From Amoebophrya sp. A120 (lineage: Eukaryota; Protista; Dinoflagellata): DNA of 64,000 nucleotides. Made by a program: the position numbers and the translations under genes. Positions within the stretch are counted from its first letter, which is position 1, and each line of letters starts with the position of its first letter. A model generated the notes under the pieces. The model made no database searches. It was not told the origin of the DNA and was given only the letters and a program-made list of their open reading frames with translations. Shown one piece after another: positions 60,001-64,000 of this stretch. The stretch covers positions 897,386 to 961,385 of the forward strand of contig CAJINV010000016.1 of assembly GCA_905178155.1 (NCBI GenBank). Direction: 5' to 3'.

Positions 60001-62591
60001 GGGTTACCCGCGATGCTTTGCCAGATGCTCGGGTTTGAATACAAAGAGATCAACTGCGTCGCGGATCCGGAGTTTACGACCATAGAAGAGTCTTTGCCGA
60101 AGCTGGTTCGCGGAATGTCCATGACGACCGCGGGTGAAGTAGATGGTTCCTCCACCTCCTCCGTTCGCAAGCGTCGTGCTCCTGGCAAGAAACACAACCA
60201 CCACGACCTCCTGCTCCCCACCCTCCTGCACCTGCGTCGGTGCGATTCGCTGTTCAAGGGGAATCCTATGCAAGAAAACCGGGTGGTGTTGCAGCAAAAG
60301 CAAGCGGCGACGGTCAAGCTGGTAGTTGAGAAACAGTTGAGAACTACGTCTAGGAGGGCAAGAATACGTCGAGGAGGACCACGAGCGAGTAGTAGTAGTC
60401 ATCTTCCTTTCATCCTCGTTTTTTCTTGTGAGGAAATGGATTCTGTGGGAAACGTGTTTCTGGAGGAAGTCGTTCAGAAGGTGCTGACCTTCAAATTGCC
60501 CGACGAGGAATCGAGGACAGTGGCGTTGGAGCGGTTCCTGGGTCGTGCGAGGGGAGCGAGCAGTGGCAGCAGTGCTCCTTCTGCCAGTAGTACGGCTCTT
60601 CAAAAGCCGCTTGTTGCAGGAGATGGACAACTCCTGTCGCAAGGACGAGCAGGAGAGGAGCCATCACAGTCTTTACTATCGCAGTTGCCCTCGTCAACAA
60701 GAACTGCAGACCAGACTTTTCAATTCGATTCGAAACCCTTCCAACCCACCGAGTTCCTGCACAAATACTTAGCCTCCAAAACCACCGGATTCTCTTTCAC
60801 CGAGCTGGAACTCCTTGCTTTGCGCTGCAAGGAAAAATGCGAAAAACAAGATCATGCGGATGAAATGCGGGCAGGAACCAATTCTCCCGGCGAGGTTGGT
60901 GCAACAGGAGGAAATAAAATGGAAAGTGTAAAAAACAAGCAGAAAGAACCTCTGCCGGGCCGAAATTATTCTACCAGCGTAAAAACATTATCAGCCAGCG
61001 CAGCGGCAGCTTCCTTTCTTCTTCTCCCCGAAGACGTGGCGGATTCTCTGATTCAGGAAATTAAGCAAGACTGCATGTCCGCGAAAAAGGATCTGACGAA
61101 GCAGGTCAAACTGAGCAAAAAAGACATTTTATCAAAACGAAAAATCCCCCCTCCCCATATCGAAGCGGTATGATTCCGAAAATTTGTGTTGCTGATTTGA
61201 GACCACAAATCGCGCCTGTCTTGCAAGAAGACAAGCGCAGAGGCTGCCGCGCCATTATGGAAGCGATTTGGCATGCTGTTGGGCCTAGGGGGCGCCCGTT
61301 TGTAATGCTAAGCAACGAACTAGACCCAAACGCCCCTGCCTATGCTGAGGATCTGGCTGCGATGCCTTACTGCAAGACAGCGCGCATTTGCGTACGGAAA
61401 TCCCGCATCACAGATTTCCGTTTTGATATGGGGAGGGGGGATGTTTCATTTTGATAGATTTCCTGGGACGACATTGGCGGCATGGAGACCGCGAAAAAAG
61501 AAATTTTGGATCTGATCGAACTACCACTGTCTACGGATCCGAAAACGAAAAAACTTTTTTCTAGTGGAATAAACAAGCAACAACAACAGCAAACGAAACT
61601 CCGGTCCGGCGTCCTGCTTTTCGGCCCGCCGGGGACGGGAAAAACCTTGCTCGCCCGAACGGTGGCCGCGGAGTGCGAAGTTTCGTTTCTCTCTGTCAAG
61701 GGGCCGGAGCTGCTCTCCATGTACATCGGCGAATCGGAAGCGAACGTGCGCAAAGTGTTTCAGTCGGCCAAGGACTGTCTGCCCTCCGTGCTGTTCTTCG
61801 ACGAGCTAGATAGTTTGGCCCCGGCGCGGGGCAAAGGGTCCGATTCCGGCGGCGTCATGGACCGGATTGTGTCGCAATTGTTGACCGAATTGGACCAAGT
61901 GCCGAGCAAAGTCTTCGTCCTGGGCGCGACCAATCGGCCGGACTTGCTGGATTCGTCGCTCTTGCGGCCCGGAAGACTGGACCGGACGATCTACCTCGGG
62001 ATCAGCCAGGACAAGCTGCCGATTTTGAAGGCCGCCACGAGGAAGCTGGCAATCGGGAGAGAGGTGGACTTGGCAAAGATCGCCGCGCAACTGCCGGCGG
62101 CCTTTACGGGCGCGGACACGGCAAACCTGGCCCAGGAGGCGTACCAGCGGGCTTTGCAAGAACGAACGGACTTTATCAAGTTCGAGCTGTGCGAGGGCCA
62201 GGACGTAAAGGTGACGACGTTTTTGCTCGAAGTCGAAAAGATTGCAGAGGAAATTAACGAAAGCGCAACAGCGCAAAATGAAATCAGCTCCTCGGCAGAC
62301 ACACAATCAGGTTTTTCGAAAATCGCGGACGGAGTTTGGGAGAAAATGGCCACCGAGTTAGGTGTCGCTGTAGAAACTACATCAGGCGTAGAAGAGGACG
62401 ACACTGGAGCAGGTGGTGAAGTCGTGCCCAGGAGCAGCAGCAGGCGTCAGATGTTTCTAGCGAAGTCACTGCTAGAAATCCCAGTGAAGGAGAAACATTT
62501 CTTACAAGCACTGGAAGTGTGCCACCCATCTGTGACAAAAAAGGAACTTGAGAAATACGAACTGTTGGCAAAAGAGTACAGAAATGCATAA
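57011..62591 (+). CDS. PEX6: Peroxisomal AAA ATPase PEX6; exons 57011-57971, 58298-58331, 58563-61129, 61462-62591
   Basis: D2 domain ISWDDIGG...SGVLLFGPPGTGKTLLA...SVKGPELLSMYIGESEANVR...FFDELDSLAPARGKGSDSGGVMDRIVSQLLTELD; degenerate D1 Walker A (GPRSTGKR). Confidence 0.92.
57972..58292. mobile_element. Introner, family C (opposite orientation to 61130-61456)
   Basis: TAT...ATA ends; direct repeat GGACT. Confidence 0.92.
58332..58557. mobile_element. Introner, family E
   Basis: TAT...ATA ends; direct repeat CGGCT; interior similar to 20424-20646. Confidence 0.92.
61130..61456. mobile_element. Introner, family C
   Basis: TAT...ATA ends; repeat CATTT/GATTT; removal restores ISWDDIGG. Confidence 0.92.
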
Positions 62592-63337
62592 ATAGCATAC
62601 TAATACAGACGAACGAGGCACGTAAAAACAGAGAATCTTCAGTCTCAGTGGTGACAGCACAATGCGATAAAATTGAAGGCTTAGAGTCGGATGATCTTTG
62701 CGGCCATCATGCCGAAGATCGCAGCGACTTCAGCGGCCTGAGCACTCCTTGCGTTCATCTTCTCTGTGGTTTCTTCCTGTCGCCAGTTGTTGACATCGAT
62801 TAGTTTCTTCCTGTCGCCTGTTGACATCGATGTTCTCGTACCGGGACCGCAAGGCAATCGGGGGTGGGCAGCCACCGGGTGGAAGGGCAGGACCTAGTAG
62901 CAGTTTATTTTGACTGATCGTCTATAATTGGGGAATAGGTCTTCAAAGGGACAGGGCTCAAAACTTTCGGGGGTTATGGTGTTGACAGCCAAGTGATTAA
63001 GTACTTGTCAAGTTCTTGTAGATAAGGATTGCGAAGATGTTTTATGTTGATGAACTCGTCAACAACAGGATACACAGCTGCACGTGCAGCGAGGTAAAGG
63101 TAAAGGTACAGGTATAGTAAAAAAAATACGCCTAGCTTCTCACTGAGTCAACCTGTGCCTCACCGGGGTTGAAGTTGAACTGGAACAAAAGTCGTGGTAG
63201 ACGAGGTATCGGAAGAAAAATTACGCACACCACGCGGTGCGTTCTTCACTACGAAGCAGATCTAGTTCAGTGCAACTCGGAGTTTTTGTTGAAACATTCG
63301 CCACTAAAACCGGATACAAATATATTGAAACACGAAC

Positions 63338-64000
63338 ATGGCAAACGCGATTGACAGCACCACTAAAGTTTCGCCAGAAGTGGAACGCAACTACAACAAC
63401 GTGGCATCTTCACATGATGCACCCGACACCGATAATGGTTATGGCAAAGGCGAACGCGAAGCCGATGCCGACCCGGCGCGCCTGAGTGACCAGGAGGATG
63501 AAAGTGCTGGAACAAAAACTTCGGGCGGGGAGCAGCGGGAGAAGATGAAAGCTTCACATCAGCAGCACCGGAAAACGTCCCGAACTTTCACTGATCTGGA
63601 CATTCCAGATTGGTCACTACGGCCCGCAACGTTCGAGGAGCGGCAGAGGGGCGAGAAGTCGACGGAGACTGCGCTCCCGGTCAATGCGCATTTCTGGATT
63701 CAGGAATGGAAAGTAATCGCCGCCGATGTATGGATTGCACGAAACCAGGGATCGCACTACCCGTGCTAGTAGTGGCAATTATCGCATAATTTTTGCTGCA
63801 TGACCACAAAATTTTGATCTTCTCTGTTATACCTGACTCGGTTGTAGCATTGTGATGAATTGCGCCTTTCATAAATTTTGAAAACAAGACGATTTGCATA
63901 TGGGATTTCCACGGCTAGTATTGCTATTGCGCTAAAAACTTTTGTCTTCCATACAACGGGCACGAGTACAATAAAGTGAAGTTCCGTATGCAGATCAAGT
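63338..64000 (+). CDS. Hypothetical protein, 3'-partial
   Basis: ORF from 63338; removing 63729-63953 plus one repeat continues the frame WKVIAAD|GHEYNKVKFRMQIK to the window end. Confidence 0.55.
63729..63953. mobile_element. Decayed family-A-like introner
   Basis: tatggattgca ... acttttgtcttccata; degenerate repeat CGATG/CAACG. Confidence 0.55.

Noticed and set aside
62681-62875. Minus-strand 64-aa ORF with a ~30-bp tandem duplication (62769-62831)
   Set aside because: Short, no recognisable domain, opposite to the gene array; treated as a local duplication.

Overview
Eukaryotic, intron-rich genomic DNA with about 14-15 protein-coding genes, all on the + strand. Recognisable products: a gamma-carbonic anhydrase, a Mei2-like RRM protein, ORC2, PEX6, two probable ciliary microtubule-inner proteins, a UBA-like protein and a C-terminal MetY/Met17 fragment. 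The dominant feature is 35 intact (plus several decayed) 149-347 bp insertions from about 8 sequence families that share one architecture: 5-bp direct repeat | TAT...imperfect terminal inverted repeats...ATA | 5-bp direct repeat. Removing an element plus one repeat copy rejoins the host reading frame (33 clear cases), yet only 1 of the 35 can be read with GT-AG ends. They therefore behave as non-canonical, transposon-like introns (introner elements). This matches what is described for the parasitic dinoflagellate Amoebophrya, which is my inferred source organism. The window also shows (i) near-identical copies in opposite orientations, (ii) a sub-terminal GCATNACAAA motif shared across families, (iii) apparent intermediates converting to GT-AG introns, and (iv) two GC-rich islands, one bounded by a 41-bp direct repeat inside an intron. 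Gene models and coordinates were worked out by hand and have no transcript support.
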